Virus record (IMG/VR): IMGVR_UViG_3300032290_001007
Span: 1 to 40,079 of that record
Length of the DNA stretch: 40,079 bases
Source: a virus
Lineage: Duplodnaviria > Caudoviricetes
Reading direction: 5' to 3' (one strand)
This document shows positions 7,649 through 16,149 of this stretch, one piece after another; position 1 is the first letter of the stretch, and each line of letters starts with the position of its first letter. The translations under genes and the position numbers were made by a program. Under the pieces are notes generated by a model. It worked only from the letters and a program-made list of their open reading frames with translations, made no database searches and was not told where the DNA came from.

Positions 7649-9769
7649 CTACGCAGCTCCGTAGACTCCGATTTTTTTGTTCAAATTCTGCTTCTGCTGC
7701 ATTTCCGTCTGCTTAATAATCTTATCCATCCGCGCCTTGAAGTTGGGGTCTTGCTGATACCGCGCCTGCACGTCCGGCTGTTGCCCGTAGTTCTGAATGG
7801 TGTCCATTACAAGGTCGGGCGGCGCGTTAAGGTCAATGTCGCGGTCCACGCCTGCGAAGACCTGTGCCAGCATGGAATGCGTCTCGTTGACCGTCTTCTG
7901 TGCGCCAGTGTCACGCGGCAATACAACCAGCTCGGCCCAGTTCGGGTCAATCGTCTGCACCGCAAGCTGGATGACCTCGCCGTAGTCAATTTGTCCATAC
8001 TTGTCGAACATGCCTGCGACCTCCGCGAGCGCCTTCAACTTTTGCTGCTGCACCTCGGGGTTCATGCTCTGGATGTCGAACGTGAGGCGGAAATCAAACT
8101 CCTCGTTGTCCTCGCCCTTGTGAAACTCAACCGGATCAGCCTGCTTCAATCCGACGACGCGGAAGTAAACGGCCTCGCTGCCATACTGCTTGTAACGGCT
8201 CCAAACTTTGGCAAAGACCTTGCTGAAGCAGCCCATGAAGCTCTCGGCCTCTTTCTGGTTCTTGTAGCCGGCGAACGTCGGGTCGGTCTCTGCCGAGACA
8301 AAGCCGAGGTATTGGTTGAAGTCGGCCTTCAGCGCGGCCTCGCTCTTCTCCGTGCTTGGATCGTAGGCAGGTCTGTCGGCGAAGTGATACTCGCCCGGCC
8401 GGCGTTCCGGCACCCTGGCGCCCGCACCCCACTGGAGCGGGGGACGGCCCTGCGGATACATCATGGGAGGACAAATAGCCAGCGAGGCGGCGTCGATCAG
8501 ACTGTCCTTATGGACCTTGATCTGCTGCTGGAGCGGCTTGCCCGGCTCAGGAATGCCGCGTGTGTCGTGCAGCTTGCGGGATAGGTGCTCGCGGCGGAAG
8601 ATGACGAACGGGTAGGCACCATCGGCGTAACCCAGCAGGCCGAACTTGGCGTAGCCGTCCTGCTCGCCATCTGGGGCCAAACGCGGGTTGAATATGGTCA
8701 GGTATAGCCCTGTGTAGCCATCTTCGTCGGAAAGGCGCTGGTAGGCGTAGACGACACCGATCAGGTCGGTGAAATTCTGCTGCTGATACATGAACGAGCG
8801 CGAAATCGGCTGGTTGTATTCGTTGTTCGTCAGCGTAATTTGCGTGCCCTTGCAGGTTTTGATCGCGGCCTCCACCCAAGCGTCGTCCCAACCGGCCGTG
8901 TTCACGAAGCCGCGAAGCTGCTCGGCGGTGTAATACTCCACGCGGAACATGGCCGAGGCGTTTTCCGCATCGGTCGTGTAGTTCGGAATGAACAGGTTTT
9001 GGTTTAGGTTGAACGCGCGGAGGACAGGGTAGCTCTTTTTGCGGCCCAAGGTCGGAACGGTGGTCTGCTGGGTGGACCTCAGTTCCTTGACCATCTTGCG
9101 CGCTTTCCCCGCGGTGCAACCGTAGATTTCGGTGAAGATAGCCACCGCGTCGTCAATCGTGTCGTCGGTGTAGATCAGGGCTTGAACGTCGATGGTGGGG
9201 AACTGGGCTTGAAGCTGCTCCAACGTCACGTTCTGCAAAATCTTTTCCTGCGTCTCTTCCCAGAATACGCCCATCGCTCCGACGCCCATCTCTTGGATGT
9301 AGTTGGCGATCAGTTCCACCTCACGGTTGACCTCTGGAATCTGGGTCTGCACCAGCCACCGCATGAAGCTGGAGACGGACTTGGCGCGTTTGATGTCATT
9401 GCCCTCCACGGGCGTCGCAGTGATGCCGGCGCGCAGGAACGCAATCCAGAGCATCGCCACCTTGGAAATGATAGCCTCGTCCGTGAGGAAAACTTGCAGA
9501 TCGGATGCGCCGTCCCATGGCGTGGGGTCAATTTTGGCACCTTCGCGGGCGTGCTTCTTCCCATCCGCGCTCTGGCCTGACCATAGGGCGTAGCGGGTGT
9601 TGTAGTTCTCCTGACATTGGTCCGTAAAGCCCTGAAGGTTGGCTACGGTCGTCTCAAACGTCTTGGTGAGCAGGGCGTGGTCGGGACCGTCGTTGCCCAC
9701 GGGGGCAAGCTGCAATCCGGCGTCGGAATTTTGGCCGTTGGGCAGGGTGGTGCCTGAAAAAGTGGACAT
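7649..9769 (-). CDS. Portal protein
   Basis: Start likely MSTFSG at 9769. PWDGASD motif, YPFV.F.RE...SRKLHDTRGIPE, Gln-rich C-terminus, ~706 aa. Lies between TerL and scaffold. Confidence 0.85.
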   Translation of the reverse strand: MSTFSGTTLPNGQNSDAGLQLAPVGNDGPDHALLTKTFETTVANLQGFTDQCQENYNTRYALWSGQSADGKKHAREGAKIDPTPWDGASDLQVFLTDEAIISKVAMLWIAFLRAGITATPVEGNDIKRAKSVSSFMRWLVQTQIPEVNREVELIANYIQEMGVGAMGVFWEETQEKILQNVTLEQLQAQFPTIDVQALIYTDDTIDDAVAIFTEIYGCTAGKARKMVKELRSTQQTTVPTLGRKKSYPVLRAFNLNQNLFIPNYTTDAENASAMFRVEYYTAEQLRGFVNTAGWDDAWVEAAIKTCKGTQITLTNNEYNQPISRSFMYQQQNFTDLIGVVYAYQRLSDEDGYTGLYLTIFNPRLAPDGEQDGYAKFGLLGYADGAYPFVIFRREHLSRKLHDTRGIPEPGKPLQQQIKVHKDSLIDAASLAICPPMMYPQGRPPLQWGAGARVPERRPGEYHFADRPAYDPSTEKSEAALKADFNQYLGFVSAETDPTFAGYKNQKEAESFMGCFSKVFAKVWSRYKQYGSEAVYFRVVGLKQADPVEFHKGEDNEEFDFRLTFDIQSMNPEVQQQKLKALAEVAGMFDKYGQIDYGEVIQLAVQTIDPNWAELVVLPRDTGAQKTVNETHSMLAQVFAGVDRDIDLNAPPDLVMDTIQNYGQQPDVQARYQQDPNFKARMDKIIKQTEMQQKQNLNKKIGVYGAA

Positions 9770-9824
9770 CTTGCCCGCAACGCCTAGTAGAGCGGGGCGG
9801 AATGGCAAGATTCAACTGGCGCGG

Positions 9825-10223
9825 CTACCTATGCCTGCTTCGCTCTAGCTTGTGGAACACGTTCTTCCAGTAGCTCATCCTGCGCCTATCCTTGCGGGCC
9901 TTTGCGCGTTTCCAGTTATTCATGGCCCTAGACTCGCGCTCCGTGAAGAAAATAGCGTCGCTTTCACAGGTCGTGACCATGAGCAGCGCGCTCGGCTGGT
10001 GGACGATCACCTGATTCCATGGGTCGAATCGGCGCGAAAATGATCCATCGCGCTCGGGGTCGTAGATCGGTTCAAACTTAAAATCGGGCTTAACGAACTT
10101 GAAGTCGGAGTATGTCGTTACCTGCGCGGTGAGCGGCGTTAGTGCGCGCAAAATGTCGCTCTCATACTTGCGCATGAGTTCGTCGGCTATGCGCTTTGAG
10201 AGCGCGTCCAGGTCGGGGCTCAT
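9825..10223 (-). CDS. Hypothetical protein
   Basis: 132-aa ORF in an overlapping gene chain. Confidence 0.5.
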   Translation of the reverse strand: MSPDLDALSKRIADELMRKYESDILRALTPLTAQVTTYSDFKFVKPDFKFEPIYDPERDGSFSRRFDPWNQVIVHQPSALLMVTTCESDAIFFTERESRAMNNWKRAKARKDRRRMSYWKNVFHKLERSRHR

Positions 10224-10474
10224 GGTATTGCCGCCTTCGCGGGCCGTTCAAAGCCGAAACCGGGCTCATGTGATTCGTAGTCGTCTAGACTCCAGCGTTC
10301 AGCGACGGCGACGGCCTCGCACTCGGGATGGTAGCGCATCGTCCAAAAGTCGCCGCCATTGACGCCCGTGCGGTAGCCGTGGACCTCGCCTATCTGAATA
10401 AGCGTGCCGCAGTAGAAGCATTGATGAACCTTGCGAGCGACGCGCTTCGGCTGGTCGGTTAGGCATGTGCTCAT
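10220..10474 (-). CDS. Small Zn-finger protein, paralog A
   Basis: ARKVHQCFYCG..I..G...RTGV..GDFWTMRYHPEC. Confidence 0.7.
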   Translation of the reverse strand: MSTCLTDQPKRVARKVHQCFYCGTLIQIGEVHGYRTGVNGGDFWTMRYHPECEAVAVAERWSLDDYESHEPGFGFERPAKAAIP

Positions 10475-10662
10475 GGCTTTGCCAGTTTGCGAGCCGCCAC
10501 AATCGCCGCGTGCTCCGCCTCCGTGACGAAGACCTTGCGGATGCCAAGACCGGCCAGCATCTTACTCGCGGTATCTTGGTGCATCCCGTTATCGACGGAA
10601 AATTCCTTGGGTGCCCCTCCGGCGAGGATGTGGGCGACGAGGCGCTTTTGGACTTCGGACAT
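10471..10662 (-). CDS. Hypothetical (possible HTH) protein
   Basis: MSEVQKRLVAHILAGGAPKEFSVDNGMHQDTASKML...; start reassigned to 10662. Confidence 0.5.
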   Translation of the reverse strand: MSEVQKRLVAHILAGGAPKEFSVDNGMHQDTASKMLAGLGIRKVFVTEAEHAAIVAARKLAKP

Positions 10663-10669
10663 AATATGG

Positions 10670-10870
10670 TTACGGCTGGCTGTTAATTTGGCTGGCATGG
10701 CGTTCAATCTGTTCAGCAATGCGTTGGATGCCCGCGACCAGTTCCGCGTCTTCGGGTCGGGCAATTTTGGGCGTGCCGTTTTTGGACAGGCGGATGCGGC
10801 GGGCGCGTTTGGCTAGGTTGGATAGCTGGCGGATGACGTAGCGGCGACGGATGATGGTGTAGGTGATCAT
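10670..10870 (-). CDS. Hypothetical basic protein
   Basis: ATG 10870 overlaps the upstream stop and is preceded by AAGGAGG. Confidence 0.5.
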   Translation of the reverse strand: MITYTIIRRRYVIRQLSNLAKRARRIRLSKNGTPKIARPEDAELVAGIQRIAEQIERHASQINSQP

Positions 10871-11139
10871 GGCTTGGCGTCCTCCTTCATGGCTGCGACT
10901 GCCTCGGCGCGCCCAAAAGCCGGGTCGCACACGTCCTCATACCAGTCAGGATCGACGACGCCGGGCTTCTGCTCGTAGGCGTGACATTCGGGGTGCATGT
11001 GCATCGTCCACACGCTGCCGTCGCTGACGCCTACGCGCCTGTCCTGCGTATCACCGACATTGATGCGTTCGCCGCACAAACAGCAGCGATGCGGCTTGCG
11101 GGCTTTCGTTCCGTTTTTCGAGGATAGAAACGTGCTCAT
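10867..11139 (-). CDS. Small Zn-finger protein, paralog B
   Basis: ARKPHRCCLCGERINVGD...RVGV.DGSVWTMHMHPEC; start MSTF at 11139. Confidence 0.7.
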   Translation of the reverse strand: MSTFLSSKNGTKARKPHRCCLCGERINVGDTQDRRVGVSDGSVWTMHMHPECHAYEQKPGVVDPDWYEDVCDPAFGRAEAVAAMKEDAKP

Positions 11140-11330
11140 ACGAGTCCCCTCCTGAACAATTTCTCGCGCAGTTGCTCGGTGGCTGGCATAAACCCGGTTC
11201 CGGTGCGCCACATGGGCAGACTCCCTTGGAGTGCGCGTTCAGCGTTGTCGCCTGCCATAAGCACCGCTTCGACGTTGGCCAGCGCCGCGAGGGCGACGAG
11301 TTCAGCGTCTTCGGTTTCGGGGGTTTTCAC
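11136..11330 (-). CDS. Hypothetical protein
   Basis: 64 aa, with overlapping stop/start on both sides. Confidence 0.55.
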   Translation of the reverse strand: MKTPETEDAELVALAALANVEAVLMAGDNAERALQGSLPMWRTGTGFMPATEQLREKLFRRGLV

Positions 11331-12205
11331 TTTGCGTCCTCCTTCATGTTTGCGTCGATGGCGGCGAAGGCGTCGATTGACTCACGAAGAGTCTCCATCC
11401 CGTTCCGCGTTTCCGCGAATAAACCAAACGCTTTCCATCGGGATTGCAGCACGTCCAACCGCGCCCGCTCGGCGGTGAGTTCGGCTTCGGCGCGTTCGGC
11501 GCGGGCCAGAGCACGTATAACCCTCTTGTTATTCGACCGCTCCTCCTTCGCTTTGTCCGCGCAGCGCAGTAGCCAGTTCACGAGGTTAACAAGTTCGTAT
11601 TTTCCGTGCCGGTTTCCGACCATCTTCATTGCGGTCTCATAGCGCCTGTATTCCTCGGTCTCGCACGGATGCGCCGCCTCAATCTCGGGCGTCCATTGGT
11701 CGGGCTTGTCGATCAGTTCAAGCGCACGGAGCGCGGTCAACCGCTCCACCTCGCGCTCGGCTGACTCGGCGCGTTTGACTAGCGCAAGAACGATTTCGTC
11801 TGTCCCCGGCCGGCGCACTACCTCACGCTTCTTTAGCTGCTCCACCTCAGCGCGGAGTCTCACGCTCTCCTCAACCGAGCATCCGTTGGCCTTGAAGTCC
11901 GCCACTTCCGCAACCGACTTGTCGAAGTCGGCGTTTACTTCGTGGAGCGTGGCGATCTGCGCGTTGCGGTCATCGACCATCTTTGCCCAAGTCTCAGCGC
12001 GGGAGTTTGCTGCGATGACCTCGGCGCGGAGCTGGTCGCGCTGAGTTATGTAGGTTTGTAACAGCTCACATGATGCTTCTGACTGTGCTTCCACCGCCTT
12101 CGCCTCGCTGTCGGCGATGAGTTCTGCGGCCTCCGAAATACTATAATGACGTCCGGTCAGCGTAACCGCTAAGTCCCTCTGCGCATCGGTGATTGGCGCG
12201 CTCAT
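11327..12205 (-). CDS. Coiled-coil mosaic phage protein
   Basis: Repeated coiled-coil segments (QLRAEV, RAESAEREVERL, RAERAEAELTAERARLD). Confidence 0.6.
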   Translation of the reverse strand: MSAPITDAQRDLAVTLTGRHYSISEAAELIADSEAKAVEAQSEASCELLQTYITQRDQLRAEVIAANSRAETWAKMVDDRNAQIATLHEVNADFDKSVAEVADFKANGCSVEESVRLRAEVEQLKKREVVRRPGTDEIVLALVKRAESAEREVERLTALRALELIDKPDQWTPEIEAAHPCETEEYRRYETAMKMVGNRHGKYELVNLVNWLLRCADKAKEERSNNKRVIRALARAERAEAELTAERARLDVLQSRWKAFGLFAETRNGMETLRESIDAFAAIDANMKEDAK

Positions 12206-12468
12206 TTGCGGCCTTTCTTCGGCAGCACGCCGATGGCGGTGAGCATTGCCACAATGTCAGATTGGCAGATGTGCCCGTCGTAGCTTTTGGCGAATGCGTC
12301 GCCAGCGGTGCGTAAAAGCGCCTCCACGTCGTCCAGCGAGATCACCGCGACGGCAAGATCGCCCTTAAATTCCTTCTTGTTTCCGCAGACGACCACCTCG
12401 CGGCGGTCCTCGAACAGTTCCTGGTCGCACCACATGCGGCGGGCCTTTAACTTGGTTTTAGTTTTCAT
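12202..12468 (-). CDS. Hypothetical protein
   Basis: Start MKTKTK at 12468, with TTGACG 37 nt upstream. Confidence 0.55.
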   Translation of the reverse strand: MKTKTKLKARRMWCDQELFEDRREVVVCGNKKEFKGDLAVAVISLDDVEALLRTAGDAFAKSYDGHICQSDIVAMLTAIGVLPKKGRK

Positions 12469-12501
12469 CGGTCCACACCCAATCACCGTTGCCTAATCCC
12501 G

Positions 12502-12966
12502 TCAAGCGAGATTACGCAAAATATCAACCGCCTGACTTGTCACGATGTTTTGGGCGGTGCGCCCGTCGCTTTCCGACCCGCAGAAGCACGGATTGAGCGC
12601 CTGCCGACGCACGTCCTCGGGCATCGCCGCAAGCATATCATTCCACCGCCTGACGGACGGCTCAACCATCTGCTCAACAAGCGCGCCGTTATCGGCCCAA
12701 AACCGCTTCACCACGCCCACGATCTTAGCCGCCTGCTTGCTGCCGATATACTTGCTGGCGTCAGGGCCGAACCAAATCGACGCGCGCTTGGCGGACACGA
12801 TGCGCTCGCCGTCAAGCCGCACGTCATACCAGTCTACGTCACCCGCGACCGACATCCAGACGCAGGCGTTGCGCACGCCCTCATTCCAGCACACCGTGTA
12901 GGGCGCAGGATCGCTGGCCGATGCGAGGCGGCGGAACTCGGACAGAACGTAGTCTTGGTTATTCAT
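12502..12966 (-). CDS. Hypothetical protein
   Basis: 154-aa ORF directly downstream of TerL. Confidence 0.55.
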   Translation of the reverse strand: MNNQDYVLSEFRRLASASDPAPYTVCWNEGVRNACVWMSVAGDVDWYDVRLDGERIVSAKRASIWFGPDASKYIGSKQAAKIVGVVKRFWADNGALVEQMVEPSVRRWNDMLAAMPEDVRRQALNPCFCGSESDGRTAQNIVTSQAVDILRNLA

Positions 12967-12993
12967 GGTGTGATTGGGCCGATGCGCGGAAGG

Positions 12994-15585
12994 TTAGTAA
13001 ACTCCCGTCCTATGCCGCGTGTCCTTGGCGTAGGCGACAAATTGGCAATTAGCTTTGCATAAGTATCTTAGACAATCGGTCGCGTCCTTCGTGGCCTCGG
13101 TAGAACCCAGCTTCCCCGTATATTCCTGCAACGCATAGATCAAGTTCTGGCACCTGTCGCTCACGTAAAGCCGTGGCCGGTTCAGCGCGTCGATGGGCTT
13201 GTCCGCCTTGTATGCGAGCAGATTATTGATTAACTGGATACCGTCTTCGATTTCGCCCTTGTTGGCCTCGGACGCGGCGGCAGGAGCCGGGATGAACGTG
13301 AGGCCGGCGTCGTCCAGTTCACTGATGATGGTCGTGGCCCCGTCCTGCGACTGGCGCTCCGCGGCGCCCATGCGAGGGTCGATGATGCGCTCGTAGATGT
13401 TGGCGTCCTTCTCCGGGCCGCTCTCCGCGGTCGTGATGAACTCGGCGTAAGCCTTGATTCCGTGGATGCGCGGCGTCGTGGCCGGACCGGGCTTGTTGCC
13501 GGGCAAGGCCCACTCCTCGTTTTCGGGCGACTCGCGGTAGACCCACCACGTTCCGGCTGCGTCGATGGCGACCCAGACCATGAACCACGCCTTGGAGCCG
13601 GCCGGATCAAGGGCCATGTAGAACGTGACGGGGTAGGGCACTTCGGCGCCCTTGGCGTTCCTCCGCAGTTTGAGCCAGGGCAAATCTTCGTGCTTCACGA
13701 CGTTGCCTCCGTCCGAGGCGTATTCCTTGCTGAAAAGCGGGAAGGCTGACGTGGTGGACTTCGTGGGGACGCCGTAGGCGCGGGCTAGGATTACTTCGCG
13801 GCTCTCGTTGCCGTAGAGCTTCATAAACTCCTTGAAGTCGGCGAAGGGGTTGTCCGCAGTATGGGCGTAGATGATACAGCATGAACCAACTGACAGGCTT
13901 TCCTGAAGGATCGGCACGTTCGCCATGATCTTCGGGTGGTCGCAAAACTTGGTTTGCAGCGTCTTTGTTCGGGACAAAATTTTTTCTATGACGGGGTTCC
14001 ATCCATCTACTACTGTGTAAGTTATCAACATTCTCCCGTGATAAGTCCCGAGACGACCCATGCGGATCGTCTCAAATAAATTCACCGGAATCTGTTCGTC
14101 GGCCCAAACGAAATGGGCCTTGATGCCTTCGATTATTTGGTCGTTGGCCTGATACTGCGCGTAGTTGTAGAACTTGATTGAACCGCCACGGCGATACCCT
14201 TTCACGGGAGGAACGATGGCAATCCCGTCCGTGAAGCCGTTCTTTTGAGTGTATTGCAGGCTATGCGAGATGCCCTTTTTCGTGGGCATATTCTTCAACC
14301 ATTCTGGCAGGTTTTCGTAAATGAAGCGCTGCTGATCGTCGATTGACCGCTTTTCACTGATATGGAAGTTGTAAACCTCGGCCTCGGGAATCTCGCACGC
14401 GGCCCAGACTGACATGCGGGCTCCGAGCGTCGTTTTCGCGCTGTTGTGGTGTATCACTCCAGCCGCTACATAATTGCCATAGGCGGGAACCGTTAAGTCC
14501 CACTTGACATTTATTCCCTCCGAGGTAATGTCTGTCACGTATGCCAAAGTATGATGCGATTGATTACCCCGTTGAACTGATTCGTGAGTGGATTTCAAGT
14601 GGTGACACCCAGCAGGTGATTGCCGACCGTCTCCGCAAGCAGCTTGATCCGCGCATAACCGCGAAGCTGATTTACAAGGTTTGCAAGAAGAACGGTATTG
14701 GGTGCCAAAGAACCGGGCCGCGCGCTGGAGAAGGCCATCCCAAGTGGACGGGTGGCCGTGTGCGCGTGAAGCATGGCTACATAAAAGTTGCGTGCCCTGA
14801 CCATCCTTCGTGCGTTGCTCTGAACGCGCGGCGCGCTGAGAAGGCCAATGGAGCCTACTACCCAAAACAGAAATACGTTTGGGAGCATCGCCTTCTAATG
14901 GAAAAGAAGTTGGGTCGCTACCTGACCGAGAATGAAGTGGTTCACCACATTGACGGGAATACGTCGAACAATGCGCTGGAAAACCTAATGCTTTTCCAGA
15001 CGAACGCAGAGCACCTTGCGTTTGACCTAAAAGGCAAGTGCCCTGAATGGACGCCGGAAGGTAAAGCCGCGATCCTGGTCGCAGTTCGGAAACGAAGAGC
15101 CAGCGCCCATCAGCGCCGAGAACGCGATGCTCAAGAGCAGCTACGAACGATGATCCTGTCGATAGACTGACGCGGAGCATTTCACCCGCGGGCTTGGCGA
15201 ACGGCTGTTCGGCTTCGGCTACGACCACTTCTTTACCGTTCCACGCGTAGACGTGGTGGGCACCCTTGATTGAGTCGATGCGCCGATCAAAACCAAGGAT
15301 CGGGTCGTAAATCATGGTATCAGCGCGGACGCATTGATTACCCCCAAGGAGAACTATTACGTTATATTTCTTCCAGCAATCCATGACCATCTCCCATGAT
15401 GGCATGGTCCAGCCCCAACCGACTGGGTTTTTCGCTCCTTCAACCTCAAACATCTGCTTGCGTTCAAGGTAGCCTCTTAGGCGCTCCTCGGACATCTGCG
15501 CTATTACCTCGGGCGTGGGCGGGGCTACGTAGGGCATCCCGAAGCGCGGTTGAAAAGCGTCGGCGTAGTGTATCTTTTTAGCCAT
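12994..15585 (-). CDS. terL: Terminase large subunit, intein-containing (863-aa precursor, ~566 aa after splicing)
   Basis: Walker A GGNQ|SAKTT is split by the insert. Walker B FVWADEQ, coupling motif ITYT, RNase H-like nuclease motifs MALDPAG, IIDPR, KDATDCLRY. Confidence 0.92.
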   Translation of the reverse strand: MAKKIHYADAFQPRFGMPYVAPPTPEVIAQMSEERLRGYLERKQMFEVEGAKNPVGWGWTMPSWEMVMDCWKKYNVIVLLGGNQCVRADTMIYDPILGFDRRIDSIKGAHHVYAWNGKEVVVAEAEQPFAKPAGEMLRVSLSTGSSFVAALEHRVLGADGRWLFVSELRPGSRLYLPASIQGTCLLGQTQGALRSSGKALGFPAHCSTYSRQCGEPLHSRSGSDPTSFPLEGDAPKRISVLGSRLHWPSQRAARSEQRTKDGQGTQLLCSHASRAHGHPSTWDGLLQRAARFFGTQYRSSCKPCKSASRLCADQAACGDGRQSPAGCHHLKSTHESVQRGNQSHHTLAYVTDITSEGINVKWDLTVPAYGNYVAAGVIHHNSAKTTLGARMSVWAACEIPEAEVYNFHISEKRSIDDQQRFIYENLPEWLKNMPTKKGISHSLQYTQKNGFTDGIAIVPPVKGYRRGGSIKFYNYAQYQANDQIIEGIKAHFVWADEQIPVNLFETIRMGRLGTYHGRMLITYTVVDGWNPVIEKILSRTKTLQTKFCDHPKIMANVPILQESLSVGSCCIIYAHTADNPFADFKEFMKLYGNESREVILARAYGVPTKSTTSAFPLFSKEYASDGGNVVKHEDLPWLKLRRNAKGAEVPYPVTFYMALDPAGSKAWFMVWVAIDAAGTWWVYRESPENEEWALPGNKPGPATTPRIHGIKAYAEFITTAESGPEKDANIYERIIDPRMGAAERQSQDGATTIISELDDAGLTFIPAPAAASEANKGEIEDGIQLINNLLAYKADKPIDALNRPRLYVSDRCQNLIYALQEYTGKLGSTEATKDATDCLRYLCKANCQFVAYAKDTRHRTGVY
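14504..14540 (+). promoter_or_regulatory. Putative sigma70-type promoter embedded in intein C-terminal coding sequence, driving the antisense HNH
   Basis: TTGACA (14504-14509), 16-nt spacer, TAATGT (14526-14531). ATG at 14541 is 37 nt after the -35 start. Confidence 0.65.
14541..15170 (+). CDS. HNH homing endonuclease encoded antisense, fully nested inside the TerL intein
   Basis: GEGHPKWTGGR...GYIKV..PDHP...YVWEHRLLMEKKLGRYLTENEVVHHIDGNTSNNALENLMLF...AEH is a canonical phage HNH. The N-terminus is HTH-like. Confidence 0.9.
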   Translation: MPKYDAIDYPVELIREWISSGDTQQVIADRLRKQLDPRITAKLIYKVCKKNGIGCQRTGPRAGEGHPKWTGGRVRVKHGYIKVACPDHPSCVALNARRAEKANGAYYPKQKYVWEHRLLMEKKLGRYLTENEVVHHIDGNTSNNALENLMLFQTNAEHLAFDLKGKCPEWTPEGKAAILVAVRKRRASAHQRRERDAQEQLRTMILSID

Positions 15586-16145
15586 TATTGTTTCTCCCTA
15601 AACAACTGATTCCAAATCCCGACCGCCATCTGACGCGCCACCGTCTCAACAAAATGCGCGCGGTCCTGGCGCGTCGCGCTCAACGCTTGATGGCTGACCG
15701 CGTAGGCATACGTGAAGTCAGGGATGCTGTTCGGCGCGTTGGTAACGCGGAAATGGATGCGCCGGCAAACGTCGTCGCGCAGTTCGCGGCAGTCTTGCAA
15801 AATCATCATCAGCTCCTCAATCGGCACGGCCTTGTAGGCGTTAGCAAGTTCGGCGTTGACGCAGCGCACGTCATCCATGTCAGCGTCCGTGACCCGCACC
15901 CGCATGTGATGGTTCAGGAAGCGCAACTTCTCCTTCAGCGGCAGCAGCGTGCTCGACGCGCAGAACTGAGCCACGTCATCATGCCATCGTTGCAACTTGG
16001 CCTCGGCCAGTTCAGCCCGCGCCTTGGTGCTGTCAATCTGGCGGTCCTTCCACGCGTTGACGCTGGCCATGTGGAGCTTGGATGCCTCCAGTTCGGCCTT
16101 CAGTTTCTTGTTCGCGGTGCGTTGAGCTTTGGATTGTTTGCCCAT
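15585..16145 (-). CDS. Hypothetical protein
   Basis: Start MGKQSK at 16145; stop overlaps the terL ATG. Confidence 0.6.
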   Translation of the reverse strand: MGKQSKAQRTANKKLKAELEASKLHMASVNAWKDRQIDSTKARAELAEAKLQRWHDDVAQFCASSTLLPLKEKLRFLNHHMRVRVTDADMDDVRCVNAELANAYKAVPIEELMMILQDCRELRDDVCRRIHFRVTNAPNSIPDFTYAYAVSHQALSATRQDRAHFVETVARQMAVGIWNQLFREKQ

Positions 16146-16149
16146 GGTA

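Larger units (their letters stand above)
14443..15333 (-). mobile_element. Intein (297 aa) in the TerL P-loop, with no in-frame endonuclease
   Basis: Starts at Cys85 (CVRADTMIYD, block A); block B SFVAALEHRVL; W..VSELRPGSRL; block F VKWDLTVPAYGNY; block G VIHHN followed by the Ser +1 nucleophile. Removing it restores GGNQSAKT. Confidence 0.93.

Noticed and set aside
14443-15333. Group I intron or frameshifted pseudogene explanation for the terL insert
   Set aside because: The insert is an exact in-frame 891 bp with Cys...His-Asn/Ser ends and internal intein blocks. No intron core elements were recognised.
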